The notes: generated by a model not told the origin, from the sequence alone. A stretch of DNA of 64,000 bases from Vulcanimicrobiota bacterium (GCA_017307785.1 JAFKGI010000028.1:22752-86751), one strand, 5' to 3'; numbered from the stretch's first letter, positions 44,127-53,801 are shown. A program made the numbers and translations.

Positions 44127-45422
44127 TCAGGGGGGAGAGTCGAAGAGGATGCGCAGCCAGTCGTCGGCCTGCATGCGCGGTTGCAGGCCGTGGTCGGGAG
44201 ACTCAAGGATCAGCCACTGGATGAAGCTGGCCAGTAGATGGCGCAGTTCGTCGCTCATCGATTCGATTCGATGCAGTTTGACCTTGGGGCCATAGCCGTG
44301 GACCAGGGCCGAGCGAGCGGCGTAGGCCGAGCGGAACAGATGGTAACTGGGTTGGCGCGGCGCTTTGTGAATCCAGTGCGAGAGCGACGAGCCATTGAGA
44401 GAAAAGCGATGGCTCAACTCATTTTGCAGACCCTGGAGCAAGACCGCTTCAAAGCCGATCACCAGATCGACCAGTCGATCCTCATGACGCAGCCGCGAGC
44501 CGGCCAGAGCGTAGCGATGTAGCGCGGAGCGCAGAGCCGGATGGTCCTGGGCTTTCTGGGCCACAGAAAAACTGCGGCGCAGGTCCGCCAGTTCGCCGGG
44601 GTGGATCAGGGTAGGCGGAAAGATGGCCGGCCCGGAGGAGCGCGGCAGACGCGAAGCGGCGCAGCGCCCCAGGTTAGGGCGGGCGACTAGAAAGAAAGGC
44701 GTACCCAGCTCCGCCTGAGCTTCCGGCTTGAGCAGCAGCACCGCTTCCTGCACCCGCTCGGTCTCCCGAAGATAACTCCGCCATCGCTCCGGGCCCTTGA
44801 AGAGATGGTCGAACTCGCGCAGTCGCTCCTGGCGGGTCACGCGCACCTCGACCCGCTGCAAAGTGGCCACGTCCGAACTGATCAAGCCGTATTGCAGCGT
44901 ATCCAGTGAGGGCATCCGGGCCGTCAGTTCTTCATCGTTCAGACTGTGCAGACCCACCCGATAGTTGGCTTCGGGCTCGCTCAAGTCCACGCTATCTCCC
45001 AGCAGTTCCACGCCCAGCAGCCGGCGGCACAGCACAAAAGTAGCTTCCGCTCGCTGACTGGCTTCCACCAGCTCCAGTAGATACTGGGAAAATTGAGAGC
45101 GCCGCAGCGTGGTGCCCTGGGTGGCGTGAGCCAGAGCCGAGTGTACCACCGCTTCCGCATGCGTCTCCGCGGAGCGGGACAGGCGTAGGGGGGAACTGGC
45201 AAACCATTCGCACAAAAGTGCGCTCAGATTGCGGAACGAAGCCAGGCCGTGCACGAACTCCCCCGACCAGCTGGCGAACTCGGCGTGCGGATCCACATGC
45301 AACGAACCGCTCCAGGCTTTCAGGGTCGCTCCCGGAGAAATCGAGAACTTGTCCTGACTGGGATGAGCCAGCATCTCCGCAATCAATTCCTCGGCGGCCT
45401 GGGCCAGGCGGGTCAAAGGCAT
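44127..45422 (-). CDS. HEPN-like (Rx4H) domain protein, candidate defence/abortive-infection RNase
   Basis: 431 aa. The C-terminal ~130 aa read FEAVLLQGLQNELSHRFSLNGSSL...FRSAYAARSALVHGYG. This matches the acidic-helix plus R-x4-H-G pattern (YxxRSxxVHG) that I associate with Apea/MAE-type HEPN domains. The N-terminal 300 aa are unassigned. Confidence 0.55.
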   Translation of the reverse strand: MPLTRLAQAAEELIAEMLAHPSQDKFSISPGATLKAWSGSLHVDPHAEFASWSGEFVHGLASFRNLSALLCEWFASSPLRLSRSAETHAEAVVHSALAHATQGTTLRRSQFSQYLLELVEASQRAEATFVLCRRLLGVELLGDSVDLSEPEANYRVGLHSLNDEELTARMPSLDTLQYGLISSDVATLQRVEVRVTRQERLREFDHLFKGPERWRSYLRETERVQEAVLLLKPEAQAELGTPFFLVARPNLGRCAASRLPRSSGPAIFPPTLIHPGELADLRRSFSVAQKAQDHPALRSALHRYALAGSRLRHEDRLVDLVIGFEAVLLQGLQNELSHRFSLNGSSLSHWIHKAPRQPSYHLFRSAYAARSALVHGYGPKVKLHRIESMSDELRHLLASFIQWLILESPDHGLQPRMQADDWLRILFDSPP

Positions 45423-45556
45423 TCCGCCCGATTCGGCGTCGAGCGGTCACGCCCCTTATTCGGGATCCGGGTACTTGTCACGGGTATGTGCATCCGTGGC
45501 AATCCTCTGCACAGAGGCCTAAGGTAGACTCAGAAGCTTGAAAGGAATTCAATCCT

Positions 45557-45730
45557 ATGAATAGCAAGTGGATCCTCACTCTTTTCTGGTTGACCGTTCT
45601 CACCGGGCTGCTGGCCCAGGCTGGAAGCGGCGCCGCTCTGGTCGGTCTGTCTCGCCTGCTGGTGCTCGTGTTCGCCTCGCTGGCCGCTATCTCGCTGGCT
45701 CTACACGAAGGCCGCAAGACTCTGGCCTGA
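45557..45730 (+). CDS. possible small two-TM membrane protein (57 aa)
   Basis: MNSKWILTLFWLTVLTGLLAQAGSGAALVGLSRLLVLVFASLAAISLALHEGRKTLA. It falls below the ORF-track size cut-off and has a weak SD. It is followed by a short hairpin and a T7 run (45709-45739). Confidence 0.35.
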   Translation: MNSKWILTLFWLTVLTGLLAQAGSGAALVGLSRLLVLVFASLAAISLALHEGRKTLA

Positions 45731-45915
45731 TCTTTTTTTCCGCAGCCTAAAACTTTTCCGCCCCTCCCCCGCTCTTCCCCACCATAGACCAAACGATCGA
45801 TCGGTTTGAGTTCAGGGGAAGAGAGGGAGACCCATTGTCGGCAGCATTATCAGCCACCTGGGTTCAATGAGGGGGGTCCAAGGGAGAGGCGCAGCCCCCC
45901 CTTGAACATCCGGTC

Positions 45916-46488
45916 ATGACGCAGGTGAGCTCAGACCCAGACCGCTCCGCGTCCGACCAGCCGGAAATCAAACCGCTGGAAACCTGGATCCGTCAATTGC
46001 AATCCGGTCAGTCCGATGCCCTGGAGCCGCTGATCGAGCACACCCAAGGACGCGCCTGGCAAATCGCCTATGCCATCCTGCAAAATCGCCAGGAGGTCGA
46101 GGACGCGCTCCAAGACGCCTACCTGCTGGTCTACCAGAACATTGCCCAACTGCGCGAACCCAAAGCCTTCTGGGGGTGGTTCAAGCGCATCCTGGTAAAT
46201 CGCTGCCTGCGCCTGCACAAACGTGCCGCCACCGCCGAGTTACCAGAAGAAGCCTCGGTCCCACCCGAGGCCAGCGAAGTTCGCCTCGACATTCACGACG
46301 CCTTCGCCAAACTCTCCCTCAGCGACCGCACCGTGCTCGGTCTGCGCGAGGTGCTCGATTACACCTACGAAGAAATCTCCCAGTTGCTGGAAGTGCCGCT
46401 CACTACCGTAAAGATGCGCCTCTACAATGCCCGCAACCGCTTCTGCAAGTTCTTTGCCCGGGACATCAAAGGAGACAACAAGCGATGA
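45916..46488 (+). CDS. ECF (group 4) sigma-70 family RNA polymerase sigma factor
   Basis: 190 aa with region 2 (DALQDAYLLVYQNIAQLREPKAFWGWFKRILVNRC) and region 4 (LREVLDYTYEEISQLLEVPLTTVKMRLYNAR). Confidence 0.9.
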   Translation: MTQVSSDPDRSASDQPEIKPLETWIRQLQSGQSDALEPLIEHTQGRAWQIAYAILQNRQEVEDALQDAYLLVYQNIAQLREPKAFWGWFKRILVNRCLRLHKRAATAELPEEASVPPEASEVRLDIHDAFAKLSLSDRTVLGLREVLDYTYEEISQLLEVPLTTVKMRLYNARNRFCKFFARDIKGDNKR

Positions 46489-49478
46489 ACTGCCAACTCA
46501 ACGATAGCCAAATTCAAAGCTGGCTCGACGGCGACAGCGACGAAAGCCAGCATCTGAGCGAATGCCCCGAGTGCCAGCAGCGTCTGCTCGCCGTTCAGAA
46601 GTTGCGCAGTCGGATGGCTCCGCCTCCCAGCCCGCTGGGCCGTGACTTTGCCCGCCGCACCGCCCAACACGTGTTGCGCGTCAGCGATGTGGTCAAACCC
46701 CAGAAGCCTTCGAGCGGCGGTTGGCTGAGCAAGCTTCGAGACAACCCGCTGGTCCACGTGGTTCAGCGGGAGCGCGCCCGCCGCTTTCTGAAGCTGCCCT
46801 CGCTGGCCGTCATCTTATTGCTCTACATGCTGCCCGGCGGCTATTTCTTCCAGTCCGGGGAAGCCGACGCCATCTGGGCCTATTTCGGAATGGTCCGAAT
46901 CGGCTTGACGCTGCTGTTACCGCTCTTCTTGCTCAGCCTGGAGTGGACCACCCTGTCCTCGCTGGTGCGCGGGCGCTGTCTGGAAGAGATGTTGCAAACC
47001 GGCCTGGAACCCAGGCTGGTCAGCGAGACTCTAGCTCTGAGCGGCTTGCGCAGCCTGGTTCCGGCTCTGCTGATGATCGGGGTGGCGCTGGTGCCGGTGC
47101 ATCCCCAATCCCTGCTGCTCTGGCTGCCCTTGACCACACTGGCTTTCAGCGCCGCCGGCTACCTTTACCAGGCCCACCTGCTGGCCTTCGGCTGGCCTCG
47201 CTGGCTCAGCTTTCTGGGAGCGGGAGCGGTGGCCGGCAGCCTGGCCGCCCCGGCACCCTGGAACGCGGTCAGCGCCGCCGTGTTGGCCGGCCTGGGCTAC
47301 GCGGCTCGACGCCACGCCATCAGTAGCCTGACCTTACAACAACAGGGTCGCACTCCGACTCCCCGCCGCCAGCGCGGCTCGGCCTGGCAACTCTGGCTGG
47401 CTCGCCGACTGCCCGACCTGGCTCTGCTGCAGCGGGAAATGCGCCGGCGCAAACTTTTTACTCTGTCGATTCTGGCCGGGAACGCCGGGGTCTGTCTGGC
47501 CTCCTACACGGTTTTCGGCGGCGGCTCTTTCGGCTGGCCGTTGTTGGCCGGCATGGCCGGGCTATTGGCTGCTTTCAGCCTGGTGCAACGCGAAAAGGAC
47601 AGTGGATCCTATGAAGTCTTGCTCCACAGCGGGCTACGTCCGGCCGACTTCTGGGCCAGCGCCGTCTGGATCGCCGGACTGCAGGCTCTGCCGGCCTGCC
47701 TGTTCGGCGCTGGCTGCAGTGCCTATCGACTCTGGGACATTAGCCCCCTGAGCGCGGCGGCAGCCGCATTGGGGACCGCCATCTCCCTGTTCGTGAGCCT
47801 GCGGGCCGGAGCGGTGATCGGCGCCAGTATCGGGGCCAGCTCCCAGAACACCCGTCAAGCTTCCACGCGCTGCATTCAGGAAGCAGCTCTGCTCTGCGTG
47901 CTGTCGATTGTCGTCCTCGGCCTGGTTGCGCCCCTCGTGGGCGAAGGCAGTCCTCTGGCAGCCACCCTGGAAATGCTCGGATTGAGCCTGGCCGATGCGC
48001 TGGACGGAGTCGCCATTCTGCCAGTGATGTTGGCCCTGCATCTGCGAGCTCGCTCCCTGGCCGGGTCGGGATTCGGTTTCAACCCCTGGACCTATTCCCT
48101 GGCCCTGCTGGTCCCGCTCTGTCTGTGGCTGCAAATTGTGAATGTCCAGTTCTATCGCTACGTCGACCGCTCCGCCAATTCGTGCACCGGTCTGGCCATT
48201 GTGATCGGTCTGGTCTGGGCCTGGTGGGCTTCCCCGTTGGCTCGTTCCGGTGGCAAGCGCCGCTGGGCCCTGCTCAGTCTGAGCTACGCTCTGACCTTGC
48301 TGGTCGGTCTGCCGGTCACGGCCTGGTCGCTGGTACTGATCCACAACGACTCCTCGAGAGCCATTGCTACCAATCTGAACGATGTCGACTCCAGCTCGAC
48401 TCTGGTGCTGGTAGCCCTGGTAGCCTGGCTGGTTTATCTGCTGGCTCAACGCTTCTCGTGGCGGACTCCCGGCCCCAGCGACCTGAGACGCCGTAGCCTC
48501 TGGGCAGGCGGGGCGGCCCTGGCCGTCACCACCGTTTTCGCCCTGGGCATGGCCCGGCTGGCCAACGCTCCCCGTCCCCACGAGGCGGAGTTTGACGCTT
48601 TCCTGGCCAAAAACACCTATCCTCGCGAAGCTCGGTCGGAGATGCAGCGACTCGTAACCTCCATCTCCGGAGAAGGCTCGCAGCTGAAAAACCCGGTCCG
48701 CGACGAGGCTAAATTCCAGGGCCTGCTGCGTAACCTGCTGGCCGACGCCGCCCACGGAACTTGTCGAGACCGACTGGACGCATTCTGGGTGCTTTCTCCG
48801 CGGGCCCTGGCTGCTCTGGATCAGCATCAAACGGCCAGAGCCCTCGAGTTACTGGAACAGATGGGCCTTCTGTGCCGACAGGTCGAAATGATACGGCCGG
48901 GGCTGCCCTGGAGGCTCTGTCGTCAAATCCGCGTGCGAGTGATGATGGCGGTGCGAACTCAGGTCTTGACCGGCTCTCAGTTAGACCGTCTCGATCAACT
49001 GCAAGCCAAGTTGCCGGACGGCCCCGCGCAAATCCGGGCCAGCCTGGACTTTGAAGCCGCCCGCCACTACGACGGACTCTTCTACGATCGCTACGCAAAC
49101 TACGACCGCCAGAACGCGGTGACCAGATTCGTCAGTCAGCATCAGGCGAAGATCTTCCTCAACGGGTATCTGGACGGAAACAAAGAGATGATGTCCGGCA
49201 TCCCCTACCCCTTTTCCAGCTATCAGGAAGAGGGCGTCAACACCGAACGGAAAATCCTCGCCTCGGCCAATCGGGCGGTCATCGACATCGAACGCTGGAA
49301 GCTCGAACACGGCAGGTACCCGTCGGTCTGGACCCGACAGCCGAAGGCGGCTCACCTGGCCTACCAACCAACCGAAGACGGTTACTACCTGAAAATCTGG
49401 GCCGCCCGAGCCGAGCGTTCCCCCCTCGTCTTGATGCTACAGGGCTCCCACTACAACCTCAACGGCTCCTACTACTGA
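46485..49478 (+). CDS. giant polytopic anti-sigma factor candidate (N-terminal zf-HC2)
   Basis: 997 aa from the ATG at 46485 (ATGA overlap with the sigma gene). N-terminus MNCQLNDSQIQSWLDGDSDESQHLSECPECQQRL (HxxxCxxC), then a dozen or more TM helices and a ~300-aa soluble C-terminal region. Confidence 0.7.
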   Translation: MNCQLNDSQIQSWLDGDSDESQHLSECPECQQRLLAVQKLRSRMAPPPSPLGRDFARRTAQHVLRVSDVVKPQKPSSGGWLSKLRDNPLVHVVQRERARRFLKLPSLAVILLLYMLPGGYFFQSGEADAIWAYFGMVRIGLTLLLPLFLLSLEWTTLSSLVRGRCLEEMLQTGLEPRLVSETLALSGLRSLVPALLMIGVALVPVHPQSLLLWLPLTTLAFSAAGYLYQAHLLAFGWPRWLSFLGAGAVAGSLAAPAPWNAVSAAVLAGLGYAARRHAISSLTLQQQGRTPTPRRQRGSAWQLWLARRLPDLALLQREMRRRKLFTLSILAGNAGVCLASYTVFGGGSFGWPLLAGMAGLLAAFSLVQREKDSGSYEVLLHSGLRPADFWASAVWIAGLQALPACLFGAGCSAYRLWDISPLSAAAAALGTAISLFVSLRAGAVIGASIGASSQNTRQASTRCIQEAALLCVLSIVVLGLVAPLVGEGSPLAATLEMLGLSLADALDGVAILPVMLALHLRARSLAGSGFGFNPWTYSLALLVPLCLWLQIVNVQFYRYVDRSANSCTGLAIVIGLVWAWWASPLARSGGKRRWALLSLSYALTLLVGLPVTAWSLVLIHNDSSRAIATNLNDVDSSSTLVLVALVAWLVYLLAQRFSWRTPGPSDLRRRSLWAGGAALAVTTVFALGMARLANAPRPHEAEFDAFLAKNTYPREARSEMQRLVTSISGEGSQLKNPVRDEAKFQGLLRNLLADAAHGTCRDRLDAFWVLSPRALAALDQHQTARALELLEQMGLLCRQVEMIRPGLPWRLCRQIRVRVMMAVRTQVLTGSQLDRLDQLQAKLPDGPAQIRASLDFEAARHYDGLFYDRYANYDRQNAVTRFVSQHQAKIFLNGYLDGNKEMMSGIPYPFSSYQEEGVNTERKILASANRAVIDIERWKLEHGRYPSVWTRQPKAAHLAYQPTEDGYYLKIWAARAERSPLVLMLQGSHYNLNGSYY

Positions 49479-50654
49479 TCAAAGCAACGGCAATCGAAAA
49501 ACCAACAAGGTTCCCTCGCCTGATTCTGGTACGGACAAAGCGAGGGAACCGCCGTGCAGCTCCACTCGCTCACGAATGCCCACCAGACCCAGGGAGCCTT
49601 CGCGAGGTCGTTGCAAACCAAGCCCGTCGTCCCGCACCTCGGTCACCACCCAGTCGTCCTCCCGGCGGATGTGCACCGATGCATTGCGCGCCTGAGAGTG
49701 GCGCACGATGTTGGTGAGCGCCTCCTGACAGGCCCGGTAGATGGTGGTATTCAGGTCCGGGGCCAGTCGCCGGTTCAGGCGAAACTCCAGGCGTACCTGC
49801 AGGCCGGCTCGACCGCAAATCTCCTGAAGCAGCCAGTCGATAGCCGCCTGCAGTCCCAGGTCGTCCAGGATTTGCGGCCGCAGGGCGGTGGCCACCCGGC
49901 GCACCGTGGCCAGCGCCGAGTTGACCAGCGTTTGTGCCTGCTCCAGATGGCTGACCAGTGCCACCTGTTCCTCGGGAAGGCGCTTCTCCATCCAGGACAG
50001 TTCGATGCGCACCCCGGTCAGAACCTGACCCAACTCATCGTGCAATTCGCGAGCCAGTCGTTGCCGCTCATCCTCTTGAACCTGCTGCAGTTGCGCGGAT
50101 AATTTGCGCAACTGCTTCTGCGAGCGCGCCACCTCGGCCTGAGCCTGAACGAACTCGGTAATGTCTCGGGAGACGCCGACCAGGTAGCGTGGCGTTCCAT
50201 CCTCGTCGCACAGGGGAATCTTCTGGGTGTGCAGAGAGCGCGTCCCGGAACGCGTCATCACCTGCTCCTGGGGGATGTCCAGCGGTTGACCGGAGTCCAA
50301 CACCTGCCGGTCCTTCTCCTGAAAATAGACGGCTTCGTGCGACGGAAAGAGGTCAAAGTCGGTCTTGCCCAGCATCTCCAGACGCGGAAACCCGAGCACT
50401 TCCTCAGCGGCCCGATTCACCAGCACGAACCGCAGCTCGCTCGCTTCCTTGACGAAGATCATGTCCGGGATCCGCTCCAACAGCGCCGCCAGCAGGGAGT
50501 GCTGCTCGAGGCGATCGGAATCCCCACGCAGCTGCTGGCGAATGGCCGGCTCGAGCAACTCGGGGAAACGTGCCGCAAAGTCCAAACCCTCGTATCCTTC
50601 CGCCAACAAACGCAAGAGTCGCACGCCGAGATTCGAATCATTCCCCCTGGACAC
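49479..50654 (-). CDS. PAS-domain sensor histidine kinase (HisKA_3 / NarL-partner type)
   Basis: 391 aa with a PAS region (IFVKEASELRFVLVNRAAEEVLG...), H-box RLARELHDELGQVLTG and an HATPase_c domain (DDGLGL...GLVGIRERV). Confidence 0.85.
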   Translation of the reverse strand: MSRGNDSNLGVRLLRLLAEGYEGLDFAARFPELLEPAIRQQLRGDSDRLEQHSLLAALLERIPDMIFVKEASELRFVLVNRAAEEVLGFPRLEMLGKTDFDLFPSHEAVYFQEKDRQVLDSGQPLDIPQEQVMTRSGTRSLHTQKIPLCDEDGTPRYLVGVSRDITEFVQAQAEVARSQKQLRKLSAQLQQVQEDERQRLARELHDELGQVLTGVRIELSWMEKRLPEEQVALVSHLEQAQTLVNSALATVRRVATALRPQILDDLGLQAAIDWLLQEICGRAGLQVRLEFRLNRRLAPDLNTTIYRACQEALTNIVRHSQARNASVHIRREDDWVVTEVRDDGLGLQRPREGSLGLVGIRERVELHGGSLALSVPESGEGTLLVFRLPLL

Positions 50655-50723
50655 CCTGCTTGATTCGCTCAGCCGGTACTACCACCCCTGCGAATTTCAT
50701 GGGCCGACTGCTACAATCGAACG

Positions 50724-51443
50724 ATGAGGTTGGAGACCTGTTTGCTGGCGTCCGCCGTGCTCCATGCCGTTCTTTTCGTGCCAGGATGGGCGGGTTGGTT
50801 TGCACCTCTGCGGATCGAGCCGGTGCCACCCGTGCGAGCCGTGAAGATCCACCTGACCCCTCCGGCCGCTCGCCTGGCTCGCTCCCAAAGCACTTCCGTG
50901 ACTCCCCCACTGCCCGGTCAAAGGCAAGCCCGAGCTGAAACAAAGCGACCGGTCTCCGCTCCCGTTGTGCCCGCTCGAGTCGGGACGGCGGCCCCCATGG
51001 TCCGTCCGAGTCTGCCCGACCCTTCCCCACCTAAACCACAAAAAGGCTACCCGCTCAGCCATCCGACTCGGGTGCGCCCGCAGGCCTCCACGCCCGCCAG
51101 CAGCGAGGGACCGGGAGAAATTCCCCTCGATCCGCCCGTGATGATCAAAGGCCCGATGCGCATCCCGGTGCCCGCCTTTCTGCGCAATCGGGACGGCCAC
51201 TTTCTCATGAGCCTGCGCTGTCGCGTAGAAAAGGATGGTTCGACCCGAGTCGAGGTCATGGACAGCAGCGGAGCCCCGACTCTTGACGACGCTGTGCGCG
51301 AGAGCTTTTCCGGGCTGCCCTGGTACCGCGCGGAAGTGGCCGGTCAACCGATCGCTGTCACCGTGAGGCTGACCGTCGAGGCCAGTTGGGAAGCCGGCCA
51401 GGAAAGCATCGATTGGGGCGGGCGCATTCCACCGATGGAATGA
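50724..51443 (+). CDS. TonB-like energy-transducer family protein
   Basis: 239 aa with an N-terminal TM anchor, a Pro-rich spacer and a C-terminal TonB_C-like fold segment (MSLRCRVEKDGSTRVEVMDSSGAPTLDDAVRESFSGLPW). Confidence 0.6.
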   Translation: MRLETCLLASAVLHAVLFVPGWAGWFAPLRIEPVPPVRAVKIHLTPPAARLARSQSTSVTPPLPGQRQARAETKRPVSAPVVPARVGTAAPMVRPSLPDPSPPKPQKGYPLSHPTRVRPQASTPASSEGPGEIPLDPPVMIKGPMRIPVPAFLRNRDGHFLMSLRCRVEKDGSTRVEVMDSSGAPTLDDAVRESFSGLPWYRAEVAGQPIAVTVRLTVEASWEAGQESIDWGGRIPPME

Positions 51444-51448
51444 AGCCC

Positions 51449-52318
51449 CTAGTGGCTTTCCTCAGGCACCGGTTCGGGATTGACGTCTTCTTCCGGGGAG
51501 GGAATCTCGGGAGTTCCGACCGCGGAAGGCGTTTCCACCAAGGGAACGCGCACATTGGGCAGGTGAGAGTCAGCTCGGGGCCCGCCGGTGATGGTCAGCG
51601 AGCCGGCTCCCAGGAACCACTCGTCGCCGATTTTTTCCACCAGATAGGATCCGGTGTAGGGAACCGCCAGAGTTCCCTCCAGCGCTTTCATGGCGACATC
51701 CACTTGAAAACGCCCGTCTCCCATGGGAATGACCTGACGAATCTCGGTGCTCAGACTGTTGGTCCGCGAGTAACCTTCCACGAAGTCTGCAAAACTGAGT
51801 TGCGCTTTCCAGGGCGCGGCCAGGTACGAATAGGCGGCCGCATAGTCTTTGCGCACCACCGCCTCATAGAAAGCCATCACCGTGACCTCGGCGGCATTGG
51901 GCTTGTTCAAATCGGCCGGCTTGGCAAAGACCAGAAACTTACTCTGCACCCAGACAATGGAAGAATCAGCCAGACGCACCTTATCCCAGTTGTCTTGCTG
52001 CTCCAGGTGATAGACTTCTTCCCAACGGGCCAGCTTCTTGAGGACCGGCTGGTTCAGGCCGGGCTCCGCATACACCGGCGTCTCTACTTCCGAGACCCAG
52101 GCTGAACGAGCCTGGCGCAGGTCGGGCTTTTCACCCGTCATGGTGGGAACGTCTGGAGTCGAGGCCGGCTCGGGTGTGCGGTTGATGGTCTTGATAGGCC
52201 GGTGGGGCCCGGCCGTGGACCAAATGCCCACCCCCAGACAACCCACAAAGAGCAACGCCGTCATGAGAATGGGGCGGGCCCGCGGATTGTCCTGAAACCA
52301 TTCCTGCAGCTGGGACAT
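51449..52318 (-). CDS. membrane-anchored SH3-domain protein
   Basis: 289 aa with a TM segment (ILMTALLFVGCLGVGIW) and an SH3_3-like segment (AWVSEVETPVYAEPGLNQPVLKKLARWEEVYHLEQQDNWDKVRL). Confidence 0.6.
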   Translation of the reverse strand: MSQLQEWFQDNPRARPILMTALLFVGCLGVGIWSTAGPHRPIKTINRTPEPASTPDVPTMTGEKPDLRQARSAWVSEVETPVYAEPGLNQPVLKKLARWEEVYHLEQQDNWDKVRLADSSIVWVQSKFLVFAKPADLNKPNAAEVTVMAFYEAVVRKDYAAAYSYLAAPWKAQLSFADFVEGYSRTNSLSTEIRQVIPMGDGRFQVDVAMKALEGTLAVPYTGSYLVEKIGDEWFLGAGSLTITGGPRADSHLPNVRVPLVETPSAVGTPEIPSPEEDVNPEPVPEESH

Positions 52319-52950
52319 CAGGCCGGCACCAGACTCAGTAGTTGGTCAAAGGACGACAGAACGGGTGCGGCCGGCGAAGCCTGACCAAATCCATAGGCGG
52401 CAAAGAGAAAGTCGCAACCGGCTTCCTGAGCAGCTTTCTCGTCGCCGGCGGTATCGCCGACGTAGAGGGCTTCCGTCCAGTTCTGGCGACCACAGAGCAG
52501 CTTCAGGTTCTCGCCCTTGCTCAGGCCGGTCTGGCCGTGGCACTCCCAGTCACAAAAAAGCGACCGCAAGCCGGTCCAATCCAAAAACACCTCAATATAG
52601 CCTTTCTGGCAGTTGCTCACGATCGCCAGCGGATGGCTTTGCGCCAACCGGGTCAGGCCCTCGGCCACACCGGCGTAGAGCACGGCGCCTTCACGCCGCA
52701 GGAATTCCTCCTCGCGAAGGTAGGCCAGGTCGGAAAACCGCTCCCAGCTATCGCTGGCCAGTTCCGAGAAGAGACGCTCGCGAATCTGTTCGTGGGTCAA
52801 ACCCATGATGGAAGCGATATCGGCTGCCGTCAAAGGTCCAAACTGCAATCCGACTTGTCGAAGAGCGGCGTTCCAGGCCCGGGCCACCACTTCCGTGGAG
52901 TCCCACAGGGTCCCGTCCAAATCAAAAACCAGCGGCCGACCCGGCTGCAC
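52318..52950 (-). CDS. HAD-superfamily hydrolase (phosphoglycolate phosphatase-like)
   Basis: 210 aa with motif I LVFDLDGTLWDS, motif II IVSNC and motif III/IV K...YVGDTAGD. Confidence 0.85.
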   Translation of the reverse strand: MQPGRPLVFDLDGTLWDSTEVVARAWNAALRQVGLQFGPLTAADIASIMGLTHEQIRERLFSELASDSWERFSDLAYLREEEFLRREGAVLYAGVAEGLTRLAQSHPLAIVSNCQKGYIEVFLDWTGLRSLFCDWECHGQTGLSKGENLKLLCGRQNWTEALYVGDTAGDEKAAQEAGCDFLFAAYGFGQASPAAPVLSSFDQLLSLVPA

Positions 52951-53801
52951 TAGCTCTGACCGAAACGGGAGCGGAGCTTGCGGTAATCTTCCTCGGAAAG
53001 ATGCTCGCGAAGGTGGTCCATGCTTTCACCGGCCTTCTTGACGTCGCTGGCCTTGAAACCTCGAGTGGCATCCTTGGAGACCTGCTTGAAGAGACTTTTC
53101 ATCTCGTCCGTGCCGATCTGTCCCTGGCTCTCAAAGTAGCGAATCGCTACTTCTCCCAGCCCATAGGTCCAACCATAGACGAAGGGGGCGCTCACCAGTT
53201 TACCGATGATGGGGATCAGGTTGCTTACAAACAGAGTGGTGATCTGTCCAAACACGGACGCACCGCAAGCGGCCGCGATATGAGCCAGGGTTTTCTCTGG
53301 CGGATCCTTCACTCCATAGGCTTTGCCGATAGAAATCACCATGGCCGTCTGGATCGGCATCAGCAGAACCAGATCGGAGAACGGAATCGGGAAAAGCACG
53401 ATACCCGCGGCCCACAAGGAGAAGCTTCGCGCGATATCGCGAGCCTTGTCTCGAGGGGAGCCGGCGCCGGCGCTGGGCGCATCGAACGACAGGGGCGGCA
53501 GAGGCCGACTGGCGTCCGCGCGCATGGAAGGCTCGTAGGTAGGAACCGAATAGTTGGATGCGGGCGGCGTGTAGCTGCCCGAAGGGGTCGAGGGATAATC
53601 ATAAGATTCCCAGTGCTGCGGGGGAGCGTAGCCGCCGGTGCCTGGCTGCTGCTCCTGAGAATCGAAATTACTCCATCCCTGACTCTGGGCTGGCGATGTG
53701 GGGTTGGAGGGCGGCGCGGCGGGAAACGAGCCGCCGCAGCCACTGCAAAACTTGGCGCTATCTTTGGCCTGGTGACCGCAATTGGGACAGAACTTGGGCA
53801 T
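52950..53801 (-). CDS. zinc-ribbon protein with C-terminal DUF697-like membrane domain
   Basis: 283 aa with MPKFCPNCGHQAKDSAKFCSGCGG, a Pro/Ser/Tyr-rich linker and a DUF697-like region (AAGIVLFPIPFSDLVLLMPIQTAMVISIGKAYG). Confidence 0.65.
   Translation of the reverse strand: MPKFCPNCGHQAKDSAKFCSGCGGSFPAAPPSNPTSPAQSQGWSNFDSQEQQPGTGGYAPPQHWESYDYPSTPSGSYTPPASNYSVPTYEPSMRADASRPLPPLSFDAPSAGAGSPRDKARDIARSFSLWAAGIVLFPIPFSDLVLLMPIQTAMVISIGKAYGVKDPPEKTLAHIAAACGASVFGQITTLFVSNLIPIIGKLVSAPFVYGWTYGLGEVAIRYFESQGQIGTDEMKSLFKQVSKDATRGFKASDVKKAGESMDHLREHLSEEDYRKLRSRFGQS

Noticed and set aside
43509-44237. Repeat-borne ORFs (MIDPTLKPSQARTRPCRASRLL... and relatives; also 30614-30802 and 30799-31053).
   Set aside because: There is no ribosome-binding site and the translations are R/S/P-rich. 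The inverted copy at 30.7 kb does not conserve the peptide. Divergence between copies (the 5' third of copy 3, and the insertion at 30.7 kb) ignores codon structure.
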